This document shows, piece after piece, positions 36,136 to 47,250 of a stretch of 64,000 bases of DNA. The stretch covers positions 62,001 through 126,000 of the forward strand of contig NMRA01000192.1 in assembly GCA_002633005.1 (NCBI GenBank), given 5' to 3'. Made by a program: the position numbers and the translations under genes. The notes under the pieces are model-generated. The model saw only the letters and a program-made list of their open reading frames with translations. It had not been told where the DNA came from and did not search any database. The stretch's first letter is position 1, and the number at the start of each line of letters is the position of its first letter. The stretch is from Phoronis australis (Eukaryota; Animalia; Phoronida).

Positions 36136-36620
36136 TCAAGTCTGGAGGCTCGGGACGGATGCTGCACACTCCTTCCCAAAGAAATCAGTTCTTGTGTTGA
36201 GAATGTTCAGTGGCGCTCTTTCATTTTCTTTTAAAATGTCCTCAAGTTCCCTTATTTGACGTTTTCGTTCTACATGGCTGATGTTTCCTTCATTGGCGTA
36301 GTACCTGGTCATCCAGGGGTCTGTTACAACTTTGCCTATAAGGCCTGTAACTTGAAACTCAGTTTTTGCAGTCTCTGTCAGGAAATCCTTTAATAAGGCT
36401 GCTTGCAGCACTTTTGCAGTTGAGGTGACACGATTGTAGAAGGTCAGTTTGCCCTTCATAATGAAGAAAAAATGTTTCACAGATATGAAACAAAGTATGA
36501 ATTCTGTTTCCTCTGTACCCAGTAAGGAGTCCTTTAGGCAAGTCTGATGATGTCAAGAAACTGACAAATGCCTTAGGGTTACCCTTTTCATTCAGTAGAT
36601 CAACAAATGTACAAAACATT
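36136..36620 (-). mobile_element. DNA transposase fragment (tentatively hAT/Kolobok-related group), frameshifted
   Basis: LLTGYRGNRIHTLFHI...ALLKDF...GLIGKVVTDPWM across two overlapping ORFs (36359..36619, 36136..36480). Superfamily is uncertain. Confidence 0.55.
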
Positions 36621-36859
36621 CATCATGTAGCTAATTCGACGTTTTCATCCTCGTCACCGATGAAGTAAGCTTCTTCTTCAGAAAATCAACGCACTGTGTA
36701 CTAAGGTTCATGCTTTTATTCAAACATAGTGGACAACTCTAGAACACAAGATTTGATTGCGTCAAAGGCGAATGTGTATAGAACTGTACTACAAATTGAA
36801 TTATCGAGATACTACAAGCGTTATCCATAGGTGTATATTTCTTTCATATGCACATCCGT

Positions 36860-37020
36860 ATCAGCTATTGCACGAATGATCACATTGTTTTGGCGTGAAT
36901 GACCTGGGTTGTCTACTTTTGGTTCCAGATAGTCGACCCTGTGTTTTAAACTGGAATTTTCTTCTCTTAAGACTTTCACCTCTTTTTTCATCACTTGGAA
37001 TTTGTTATCGATTTTGTAAC
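36860..37020 (-). mobile_element. Second LINE ORF1 coiled-coil/RRM-start fragment
   Basis: VKVLREENSSLKHRVDYLE...HSRQNNVIIRAIAD. Confidence 0.55.
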
Positions 37021-37024
37021 TCAT

Positions 37025-37283
37025 TATGCGCCCACATATTTATATGTGGACGCATTATGCCGTCATCTCTGTCCGTCCGTCCGTCCGGGCGGCGTCCGTC
37101 CGGCGTCCGCTGCTCTATCTCCAAAACCCTTTGACATACGTTCATGAAATTTGGCACATATGTTCCATTCATGAATGGGACGGCATGTGCTAACTTTCGG
37201 ACGGATCCGACTACCGGTGTGCCCCCTAGTGGCAATTTTAGTGTTTTACGCTTACCTTTGTATCTTCAAAAGTCCTGAACGGA
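37025..37283 (+). mobile_element. HINE/DINE-1-like (Helentron-associated) element 5' part, truncated at N (37284)
   Basis: ttatgcgcccacatat..atatgtggacgcat inverted subterminal repeat, a (GTCC)n microsatellite, then repeated ttcatgaaatttgg core units. Confidence 0.75.
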
Positions 37284-37951
37284 TTTTCATGAAATTTGGT
37301 ATGNTACGCTCTTGCAACTACACTTAATGAGCTGTTGACAGGCTTTGAAGACTTCAGGCATGTCTGTCCAGTAAGGTGTCCATTGTTGGTCCGTGTCTCT
37401 CTGCCATCCAAACCCCTCTGGACTTGGGGTTTCCCTTGGATGGGCATCAGACTTTTAAGCCATATGCCAGCTTCATACTAGCGTCTTTTAAAATGTTTTA
37501 TCAGAGCAGACTGAATAGGCGGTAGATTTGGCATGAGCTGAACTTTTCGGGGGGAAAAGCTCTCTTCGTATACTTTTGTCTTGGATGGGTGGAGTTACTC
37601 ACAAATCCTGCCCAAGCTTGTCAAACACACTATTGATGAAATATTCCTGCAAGTTCTCTAACTTTAACCACTACCCATAATTGAATTGCTGAATGTAAAG
37701 CCTTAAAAGGGAACTGTATTTTATTATTAATAAATTTTGGCTGGTTTTCTTTCTTTAATTCCATGAATAATTCAACATCAAAAAGTAAACGTACATTTAT
37801 TGAATTTAACTTAAAAAATTGGTTGAAAGAGTTCTGTAATCATCCGCTTTGAGCGCTGCTGCTAGCTACGTATTTGGCGGGGTCAAAGTTAGTCAGCGCC
37901 ATATTTTAGTGTGGTGTTCTTCGTTGTCGGAATAAGAAATTTCATTGTGAA

Positions 37952-38289
37952 ATGTCGGGTCGCCAGGGATATCTGTTTGAGCCTGAAGCAACATAACGTA
38001 ACACCCAGTCGTCGTCATTGTCAGAAGAAAACAATTTTGTACAACCATCTCGCGTCTGTAATTTACACTGGTGTGACTGTGGGCAATGCGGACTCATGCC
38101 ATCAGAACTCGAATGCGTTTGCTGCCTTGAAAAAAGTGAGTTCAACGTGAAGAAATCTTCAACTCAAAATTGCCTTTCTGATACAGAAGACTTCAAGAAA
38201 GTGTGCCTTGAGCCTGTTGTTTTGGAGGTCATGTTGGTTTCTTTGAGAGAATTGATTGGAGAACAACTCAGAGGAACAATCACAAACAG
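37952..38289 (+). pseudogene. KolX / P2X7-ballast (nanor-like) Cys-rich domain, first exon, with a nonsense codon; Kolobok accessory-gene fragment
   Basis: MSGRQGYLFEPEAT*...WCDCGQCGLMPSELECVCCLE...CLSDTEDFKKVCLEPVVL...TN, then donor AG|GTTAGT. In-frame TAA at 37994-37996. A TTAA-AAGGG terminus-like sequence lies at ~37703. Confidence 0.75.
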
Positions 38290-39269
38290 GTTAGTTGATC
38301 ATGTCTGCAGCAGGTGACCTTTCCTTTTTACAACACTTTAGTCAACTATAAGAAAATAGGGACGACTGATACAAAGATAAACTCTTCACAATATTGCATA
38401 AGAAATGAATACGAAAAGCAGCCGAAACCCCGCCGGTCACGTCACTGACACATCAGCCAATCAGCGATCGATTTCAGGATTCAGCGTTTTGACCATAAAT
38501 ACTAATCGGCTTTTGTTTGGCGCACAAGTCGGGCAAATGTGAGTTTTATTTGTAGGTTGGAACCGATTAACTGCAACATTATTTTGATTACAGTCCCCTT
38601 TTAAGCTGATGAGAAACACCATGAACAATGACCACAACATCAGTATCTACTGTTGTAACCAGTATTGTTTGATTATCTTTGATCAAAGCGTCCCCAATGT
38701 GCAAGCACATATTAGGGGAGTCTGCCTCCTCATGATCATATGGTGGGATGTCAGAAACAGAGGAAAGAACAGACCGTGTGACTTCTGTGAAGGCAAACGG
38801 AGACTGCCATTCTGGCTCAGGAATGGTGGCCAAGGATGATTCTTATGCATAGAGAAATCATCCAGGTTAGCTTCTCGAACTTGACTAGCTATACAAAGCT
38901 GACTAAATTAGCTGTAAGTCTTTCTTGATGGCATCCATCTGTTGCTGTCGTTACTGTATTTTTCTTCACGCTAGCTGTTTTGAAAACAGTGAACTTGTTT
39001 TTCTTGATAGGAGTCTGTATTGGTTGTGATTTTTCAGTTAGGACTGCTTGCTTATAGTTCTCGTATTGTTGTTTTCCAGTCACTTCCAATCAATAGTCTA
39101 AAAACTTGTAGTGCTATCAATACATCTGTGTGCATCTGTCGTCATAAGTTCATCACCCTGGTCAAGGAAAGGGTTTCCTTTGGCTGAACTTAAACCACAC
39201 AAACTGTTCACATGACAGCATGTGCCGTATCGAATACTCTCTAAAAGTTCACTTATCCTAGTTTACAAC

Positions 39270-39473
39270 TATACTTGGATCTCATGCTGTCGTCCTCGAA
39301 GCAGTCCATAGAGAAATGTTCGCTACATATTACCGAATACGGCGACACTCCACTTGTGTACTTACAAAGTCTCCCTACTTGCGATGCAATCTTTGATCAG
39401 TGGGAAACTTGTGCAAAGGTACCCCAGTCCGTGGCTTATTGTCACAGTCTCCAACTACACAACGGTCTGGCAT
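39270..39473 (-). pseudogene. THAP zinc-finger domain remnant (transposase N-terminus)
   Basis: MPDRCVVGDCDN...LHKFPTDQRLHRK*...(frameshift) SVICSEHFSMDCF, a C2CH THAP signature; not present in the ORF track. Confidence 0.75.
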
Positions 39474-40419
39474 GCTTCTTCAAATATTTAGTGTAGTTTA
39501 ATTTTAAAATATGTCTAAATGGAAAAAAATACAACAAAAGCACTCCTCTTGGCACACAACATTGAACATTATGGACAGACTCGGCAATGATCGGTTCACC
39601 TCCCTGGTGTGACATATTTTCCGAAGATAGCTGAAATTGAAAATTTTCTGTTATCAAAATTCCATGGGGAAGTGGGAGTGTTTTTTAAACCGAATTATAG
39701 ACGAATATGTGGGATGAAATAAAATGAAATGTGGTTTACAAGCAAACTTTATTAACAGTCAACACAAGTGTATACATATTAACTACAACTAAATGGCTTT
39801 CAACCTAGTGGTTCTGGGACAGGCTGCCTCCATGGTGGCTTGTCTCTTCACTATTGTCTTCAAAGTAATATTGACATTCAAACTCAGTCAGCAACCTGGC
39901 TAACTCAGGCCCAAACACCATTCACCTTGTCAAACCATTTGGATTTTCAGTTTTACTATAGCCCCACCACTGTCTTTGACTAAGGCATTATATTGTTTAT
40001 GTGCCTGATTAATTGGAATAGCACAGAATACGTGCCGTGTCTTTGAGAACACCCTGTTATTGTTCTGATGCTGTCACATGTTAAGTGGCAGTTAAAACTC
40101 TGATGTCTTGAATATGGACAGCAACCCATGTTGTACAATGTTGAAGGCCGAGAGCTCAGAAATAGGGCACGAGATTCAAGCACATCAATGTACAGCGAGA
40201 AGTTGCATTCACGGTGAGCACTGACGAACATCAAGATCAGTAACTGGACACGTACGATAACATTCCAGAATTCTAGTGTTGTACTTCTCGTTGAGCTTTC
40301 ACTTTTGTAGTCGGAAAAAGACTGTTAGTCCAAAACAGCACCTCCATTTCCCCCAATAAGACATGCTTCTTCGTGGAGCTTTGCTAAAGAAGTAGCTGTG
40401 ACCTGATGTGCATATCTTG

Positions 40420-41672
40420 TTCAAGTCAAGTGCGAAGCTTGAAGAAAGCTCATTGACATCGTTTCCAATAACATAATCCTTATGCCATATGGAGTGGGAC
40501 CTAATTCGATTAGGGTATCTTCTGCCTCTTTCGTCTGGCTTTCTGATTTGGGCATTTTCATCAGGTTGAGGTTCAATGATAGGTTTGCTGTTTTGAAAGA
40601 AACGATCATCATCTGATTCATCAGGATCTCCCACTTGTTTGTTTCAGAGTTGGTTGGGCTCATTTGTGAACGCATCTGACTTTTCTTATGATCTGGTTGG
40701 CTGGGACATAAACCAGATATGAAGGGCTACCCTTGTCATACCCTTCAAAAATGACTTTTTCACGTCTAGCATCCAACTTCTTTGGGTTTTGCACTAAGGC
40801 ATAACATGTGCTACCAAATTTCTGCATGTGGGAAATATTTGGCTTGAAACCAGTAAATGACTCAAATGAGGTACATTTTGTTCTGGGATTGTAGCATTTG
40901 TTTCGCATGTAGCATTAGTGCATATGAGTCCACATGGACTAGGGTACACCTGCCTGCACTAGAAGGCACCTTGCTGATTCCAACAGTGTTCTCCATGAAT
41001 GTTGGACCATACCATTTTTGTGGGGTGAATAGGGGGCTGAGCATTCATGCTTAATTTTATTCTTAATGAAAAGTGACTCAAATGCGTCAGATGTAAATTA
41101 ACTCATCCCCCTGGTCACTCCTGATTCGCTTCACTGCGGTAAGGGCTAATGTCCGCAAGAAATTTTTCCGTTGCCTTTACTGTGTCACTTTTCTGTTTCA
41201 AAAATAGATCATGATCAATCCAGAAAAGTCGTTGACACAACCAAGAACGTACCTAAAACCTTCCCTTGCTGGGAGATGGATAGGACCCGCTAAGTCAAAA
41301 TGGATCAGCTCCAAAATTGATCATGTTGCTCGTTTGTCTGGGTCATTTTACCAATGAGGCATGGACCTCAATCGAATTCTTTTTTGTCTAACAATGTCAT
41401 ACCCTCAACAACATGATTTAATTTCAAGACATCCTAAGTATTGCAATGCCCTAAAGTGTCATGCCACTCCTTAAGAGTGTGGCTGCTTTTTGAGAAAGCA
41501 CACCATTCAAGTAGTACAATTTGCCACGTTTCCTGATCTGAAACTCTCTACCATTCACCATCAAGGTAGCTGAATCTTTGCTAAACTCAACCTTAGCACA
41601 CCTATCAACAGCTGATTGGACCGAGGAGATAATCTGGGAAAATGACGGGACATATAATGCATTTTTCATCAC
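40420..41672 (-). mobile_element. Ty1/Copia pol remnant (GAG-pre-integrase, integrase, SH3-like)
   Basis: KNALYVPS...GKLYYL, WHDTLGHCN, LELIHFDLAGP, RIRSDQG, KPNISHMQKFGSTCYA...KKLDARREKVIFEGYDKGSPSYLVY, RRYPNRIR. Confidence 0.88.
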
Positions 41673-42580
41673 TTATTTCACACAGGCCCCATAAAATGGT
41701 GCAAATGGGCATACACTACTTGACAAAAAATATTCATAATTGTTGAAGAAAAGTGCTTTGTTTCAACAAATAGTGCCTATAAATTTCAGAAATATTTTTT
41801 CAAGTTATCTTGTCTAAAAAATGGCAAAGTATTGCTTTTGGTAGTTTTTCTTTCTTAAATATTTCCTTGTAACATACGTGCAAGTGCAGTAAACAACAAG
41901 CGTACACTTTCTGTAAAGGTTTGTCAAGGATAAGTTTCATTCAATAGTTGTGGGAAGAATTTAGTGTTGGGAAAAATAGGTGAGAAACATAACCTGTCAT
42001 CGGAAGAGTAATAAACTTTAATCTAATATCACAAACATTTGCAACAAATACAAATGAAAAGGACAGGGAAACTTTGACTAGAGTTCAGCATTTTCCGTAT
42101 CCAGCAGAGTCAAGCAAACACAAAATTTTTTACTTAAGTCCAGTCAGCAATTTATGTCTCACATACTAAATCATTTGTTCGCTGATCTGACAATATTTTC
42201 AGAATTTCGTAACTTATTCAAACTGGAAGCTTAAAGGTAGCAAATGTTACAGCAAATTTGGTGAAACAAAAACATGAAATTATAATTTATTTGGGGCATT
42301 GAGGCTTTCTTTACCCGAAACCCTTGGAATGCTCTTAAAATACATACCAACAAATAACTTGTTTTACTCTAAACAACAGACTAACCCCATGTGACAACGG
42401 TAACAAATGTTTCAGATAAAGTAGCCGATACCTCTAAAGATATTAAATTCGAAATCTCACTCAAAACTACCCGGTAATCATGAATCAGAATTTGTACTTC
42501 TGAAAATATTCAGGAGAGCACCTGTGGTCACCACTATGGTTCCCTAAGCCCCAGACAACTGTTACCATGGCTATTCAGCA

Positions 42581-42990
42581 CCCCTTTTGTATTGATGTAG
42601 ATCTGAGGTAATGAAGTGGAAGGTAATAGCTAGCACTACTTTCTTATCAATAGTGGTTGTTATTACACCCAAATTGTTTTTCTCTGGCATTTGCACAGAG
42701 TTAAAGCCTGTAAACTGGAGAGTACTTTTAATTTGGTACATTTTAAATATTACAAAAAGACTAAAAAGTTAATTTGTGTTGATCTTGACATAAGACCACT
42801 TTGATCCCAACCCAACGTTAGTTTTAAATATGTTTCATACCTGTTTTCATTACTTTTTTTAATATTCCTGTCTACTTGTTTTGTTTTCTTACTGGTTAGG
42901 TGTGCTATCATTTTATTTTGTTTTTAAGCGAAGTATCAAAACAACTTAGAAGTCAGTTAATTGTGAACTGCTACACCAAACATGTCACAG
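42581..42990 (+). repeat. ~410 bp dispersed repeat, copy 1 (copy 2 at 57390-57818)
   Basis: tttgtattgatgtagatctgag.taatgaagtggaa...gctacaccaaac.tgtcacag is shared in the same orientation. Confidence 0.88.
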
Positions 42991-43800
42991 TGGCATTTGG
43001 CATTCCTGAAATGACACGCATCAGGAGTATGATTGGATTTTCCACATCGAAAGCATTTAACATTCTTCTTAGCATTAGCAGCCTTGGATGTTTTGTGGTC
43101 TGATTTATGCGCTGTCATGTTCACCTTGTGAATTTCCCATTTGGTTTGCAATTTTTTTATCTCGTCATGTCGCCTCCATGGCATTGGCTATTTATAACAC
43201 CTTCTCAAGGGTAGGGTTGGCTTCAGCGAAAAGGCTTTTCTGTAAGTGTTCGTTTTTTAGTCCACACAAAGCGATCCCTAATTGTGTCATGCAGTACATC
43301 ACCGAATTTACAATGTTCTCTTAATTTCTTTAACTGTACAAGGAACTCCGACACACTTTCGTCGGTTCGTTGATCCCGCTTGTGGAACCGAAAGCGTTCA
43401 GTTATTATGTTGGGTTTTGGTGTTACATGATCCCTTACAGTTTTGATCAGAACGTCCAAGTCCTTCGTTGCCGGCTTATCGGGGGATAACAAATCCCGCA
43501 GTAAATTGTATGTGCTTCCCTAATCAGACTAAGAAAAGCTGGTACCTGTTTTTCTTGTGCCACGTCGTTAGCCAAGAAATACTGCTCCAGTCTCTCATAA
43601 TATGAGTCCCAAGTATACGTAGACTCATTGAAAGGCTCGATTTGCCCACTCCTCATCGCCGTTTAGGTTGTGTATCTTGAGAAATGAATAACAAGTCTGC
43701 ACTGCTTGAAGAATACGTGAGAATTGCTTTTAAAAAGTGTCACGTGACTAAGCTACTACAATGCTGGGGAAACCCCTGTTGACAGAACACTATACAACAC
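42990..43800 (-). mobile_element. Ty3/Gypsy gag remnant with degenerate PBS and short LTR-like sequence
   Basis: GQIEPFNE..WDSYYERLEQYFLANDV, PKPNIITERFRFHKRDQ..ESVSEF..LKKLREHCKFG..IRDRFV and a CFRCGKSNHTPDAC zinc knuckle, across frameshifted ORFs. Confidence 0.85.
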
Positions 43801-44036
43801 TTGCGACTGATTCCAGTATGCACTCTGGACTTCATTTGGGGTTTTGCAGCTCTAGTTTTTAGCAAAGTCCTTGTGAAGAATAACTTCATTCTCAGGAAGG
43901 TTTTGCTTTATGTTTCTAATTTCTGAGTATTGCTTTTGCATTCTTCCGCCATGATGTTTGAAGTCAGCTGTTTCCTTTTCCCAATTTTGTATAAAGTCAT
44001 CCCTCTGCATTCTTCTTGGAACGATTTTCATCTTCT
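43797..44036 (-). mobile_element. DNA transposase fragment (tentatively Sola2-like)
   Basis: QYSEIRNIKQNLPENEVILHKDFAKN*SCKTPNEVQSAYWNQSQV resembles the DF(A/S)ENY..E(I/V)QS.(H/Y)W motif; not in the ORF track. Confidence 0.55.
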
Positions 44037-44379
44037 GTTATAGTTTGGAAAAAAATCGGGTCCTCAAACCAAAAAAATAAACCAGTGACAGTAACGAATA
44101 TTATAATTTGTGTGCAAAATATCCAGTTGCCTTATATGATTAAATTTTGCTTGCGCAATCTTGTAAATGCTCCCTTTAAAAATACTTGACGTCAAAGTCC
44201 GGTATCCCGTGGTTTGTTTTTCTAAAAATGTCTCGTCGATATCATTTGCACCGTTTTATTGAGCCTGGGCGATTTATGGAGAGAACCCTTCCCATCGATT
44301 AGATCTACACATGGGTCACCCCTCTTGAGAGCTAAGTTACTGGTCCTACTACCGTCTGCCAACTCTAGACAATGACACG

Positions 44380-45600
44380 CAGGGTCAAAATTTTGACAAA
44401 ATTAGTAAACTGGATGGCATCAATCATGCTAACTTTGAAAACAAAAGAATGCAACTTACTCTCAGAGGTGTCACCACAGGTATTGTCTCCCTCCCGCTCA
44501 CATTTTACAGTAGACTGACAATTATGACAAGCATCATTATTACCAACATGATGTCTGAGATTGTCCCCAGGACCAGTGTCTTTTTGTGTCACCAACTTGG
44601 CACTGTCCTTTGTCTTGTTTCCTTCATTCATCTTCGGCACACCGCAGTTGCATGGGTAGAGTTTTTACAATTCTCGCACCACTTTTTGCACTCTGATGCC
44701 TTGTGTCCCTTTGCTCCACGTGTATAGCATGCACCTGGAATGCCACCTCCGTGTGCCCCACCTGGATACAGCTGTTTAGTCCTACGGTATGGGTACCGGA
44801 CTTGTGTATCTTTTCAGTGTCCTCAAAATTCCGGAGGGCTACTTTAAATTCTGCAAAGTGAGGGCAGTTTCCTTTTGTGTGACGACCGCCGTGAAGGGTT
44901 TGAATTGCGCCAATAAACCTTTAATACTAAGGCCGCAAGAAGTCTATCACTGATTGTCTCACTGGTCTCTTTTTAAGCTGCAGGAATGTTCTCTGCCCGG
45001 ATAACATAATCAGTAACCGACTCCGTTGAGTCGTTGCTTAGGGAAGTTAGTTGAGTATACAGCGTGATGCTCCTCGGTTTCCCTTTAGGCTGTTAGTGTT
45101 CCTTTAAAATTTTGAAAGCTTTCCTTCCATCATCTATTGCGTCCCTCATAATCAGCGATAGCCTGCGATCATCTATGAACTGAACCAGCTCCGCAAAGGC
45201 TTCGGCATTTTTGTTGGCATCCACTGTCTCAGACTCAAAGGCTGTGATTATGTCGTACAGTTTCTGGAGTCTCATGTGTCCCAAGAAACGCACCTGCCAT
45301 AAGTCAAACTTTCTTTCATCGCTGTCAAACAGTAAGCATTTCCTGGGCCCATAACCTGTTGTTGATTGGTGGGACATTGTGCACGAAGTGGATTTGTAGG
45401 TCAGTATGATATGCCGGTTAATAAAATAACACCATTTTTCTGTACAAGAAACTATCTATCATAATGTTTTATTCTATGGTCGCATCAATATATGCACACA
45501 AGTAGTATGCCCATATAAGGCAAGATTCAGCAAAACCAAAAAGAGTGAATGCATTCCAAGTCTAGAGGATTCAACTGATTATTTCTTATACAACAATTTC
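44380..45600 (-). mobile_element. Ty1/Copia 5' LTR, PBS and gag remnant (likely the same element as 40420-41672)
   Basis: LTR end CAACA is followed by PBS GGTTATGGGCCCAG (45356-45343). Gag reads LLFDSDERKFDLWQVRFLGHMR...NAEAFAELVQFIDD..SLIMRDA.DDGRKA, with zinc knuckles CYTRGAKGHKASEC and WCENCKNSTH. Confidence 0.85.
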
Positions 45601-45879
45601 TTATGCAATTCTTATACAACAATTTCTAATATGCAGTTTATAGAACAATTTCTAATATGCAGTTTATAGAACATCGGTGGAGATCATCTTCTAACACTCC
45701 GACCTTGACCAAAAATTGATATTTTCAATGTACCAAACTGGAAAATTTTTACTGTACGTTCATAGATGTTTCCTATCAGTTTTCATATCTAATGTGTTAC
45801 AGTCTGATAATGTAATATATTGGGTGCAAAACAGGACCACTAAGGTACATATGTACAACTCGAGTTTATTTTCAAGATG

Positions 45880-47250
45880 GGTGAGCATAGCACCAATACC
45901 ATAAGGTGAGGCATCACAACACATCACTACTGGCTTTTGCAAATCGTAGTGAAGCAATTCTTGAGGTGACTTCAGAGATTTCTTGTGTTGTTCAAATGCC
46001 TGTTTGTGTTTAGCAGTCCATTTAAAATAAACATTCTTTTGCAGTATCTCGTGTAGGGGAGGCAATATGGTTGTTAGATTTGGTACAAACCTGTCGTAAT
46101 AGTTGAGAAAACCCAAGAAACTTTTCAGTTCCGTAACACTAGTTGGTTGCGGTGCATCTCGGATTGCATGCATGCGATCAATTTTATGTCCGAGGTATAC
46201 TACCGCCGATTGCCCAAACATGCATTTATCACGTTTCAAGCGAAATCCTGCCTGACTGAACTGTTGCAATACCTGATCCAAGGCAAGGGCATGGGCAACC
46301 ACGTCCTCTCCCCATATCAAGATATCATCCAGATATAATGCAAACATTGGGGATTCCTTGAAGCACACCTTCAATTACACGTTGAAAAATGCCAGGGCAT
46401 GATGTAAAACCAAAAGGAAATCGGTTGTATTTAAACATACCACGGTGAGTGTAGATGGTCATTTATTTGGTAGACTCCTCATCAAGCGGTTGTATCTAAA
46501 CATACCACGGTGAGTGTAGATGGTCATTTATTTGTTAGACTCCTCATCAAACGGTATCTGCAAATATGCTTTGCTCAGGTTGAGCTTAGACAAAAATTTG
46601 ACATAAGCAAGTTTTGAATACAGATCGTCCAAGGTAGGTAGGGGCTAAGGATCTAGTAAACACTCCTTATTCACAGTCAGTAATCACTACAGATCTGAAC
46701 ATTGAGCATTCCCTTTCAATACTGGCAAAATGGGTGCAGCCCATTCAGAGTATTGTACAGGCTCAATTATATTCTCGGCAATAAGGTGATCTTACTCTTT
46801 GTCAACCTTGGCTTTCATGGCATAAGGTATGGTCATAATGGATCTGGGTTTGTAAAAACTTGGGGTGGCACTCAGTGGAACATTAATATGCCCTTTCACC
46901 TTTCACAAAGCCCAGTCCGTCCTTGAATAAATCCGAATAACGTGATGCTATCTCGGTCAGTGGGTCATTAGCCACTGAAAACAGTTCAAGCCAGTTCCTT
47001 CCGATAAGGCAAGGCCCATCACCCTTGATCACCACAGGAGGCAAATCATGTTTGGTTTTCGGGAACCACCACGACATCTACAACACCAGGAATAGATTCC
47101 TTGGTGTATATCTTGAGAGTAATGGTTGACTGGTTTAACTTTGTGGTGATTCTAGCATCCCAAGTGCTTTTGAACTGTTTCTCACTAGTAACAGTGACGG
47201 AGGCCCCGGTATCCAGTTCCATGGTAACGGTTTTACCGTTGACACGGACA
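45880..47250 (-). mobile_element. Ty3/Gypsy pol remnant (protease, RT, RNase H start)
   Basis: MELDTGASVT, GPCLIGRNWL, YLDDILI, YLGHKID, LKSFLGFLNYY, CDASPYGIGA; frameshifts and an internal 65-bp duplication (46422-46555). Confidence 0.9.

Larger units (their letters stand above)
37285..40390 (-). mobile_element. Academ (AcademX-type) transposon, decayed and split into three colinear blocks (~40390-39850, ~39200-38590, ~37640-37285)
   Basis: FVSAHRECNFSLYIDVLE and ENPNGLTR*MVFGPELARLLTEFE (transposase); GNPFLD...TPIKKNK...HEEADS...TVDTDVVV (XPG/PIN-like); LPPIQSALIKH...PSPEGFGW...WTPYWTDMPEVFKACQQLIKCSCK (Cys-rich end). Confidence 0.75.

Noticed and set aside
38018-38317. Host P2X7 purinoceptor gene
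   Set aside because: Only the Cys-rich ballast/KolX part is present, with an upstream in-frame stop, no channel exons and a transposon context.
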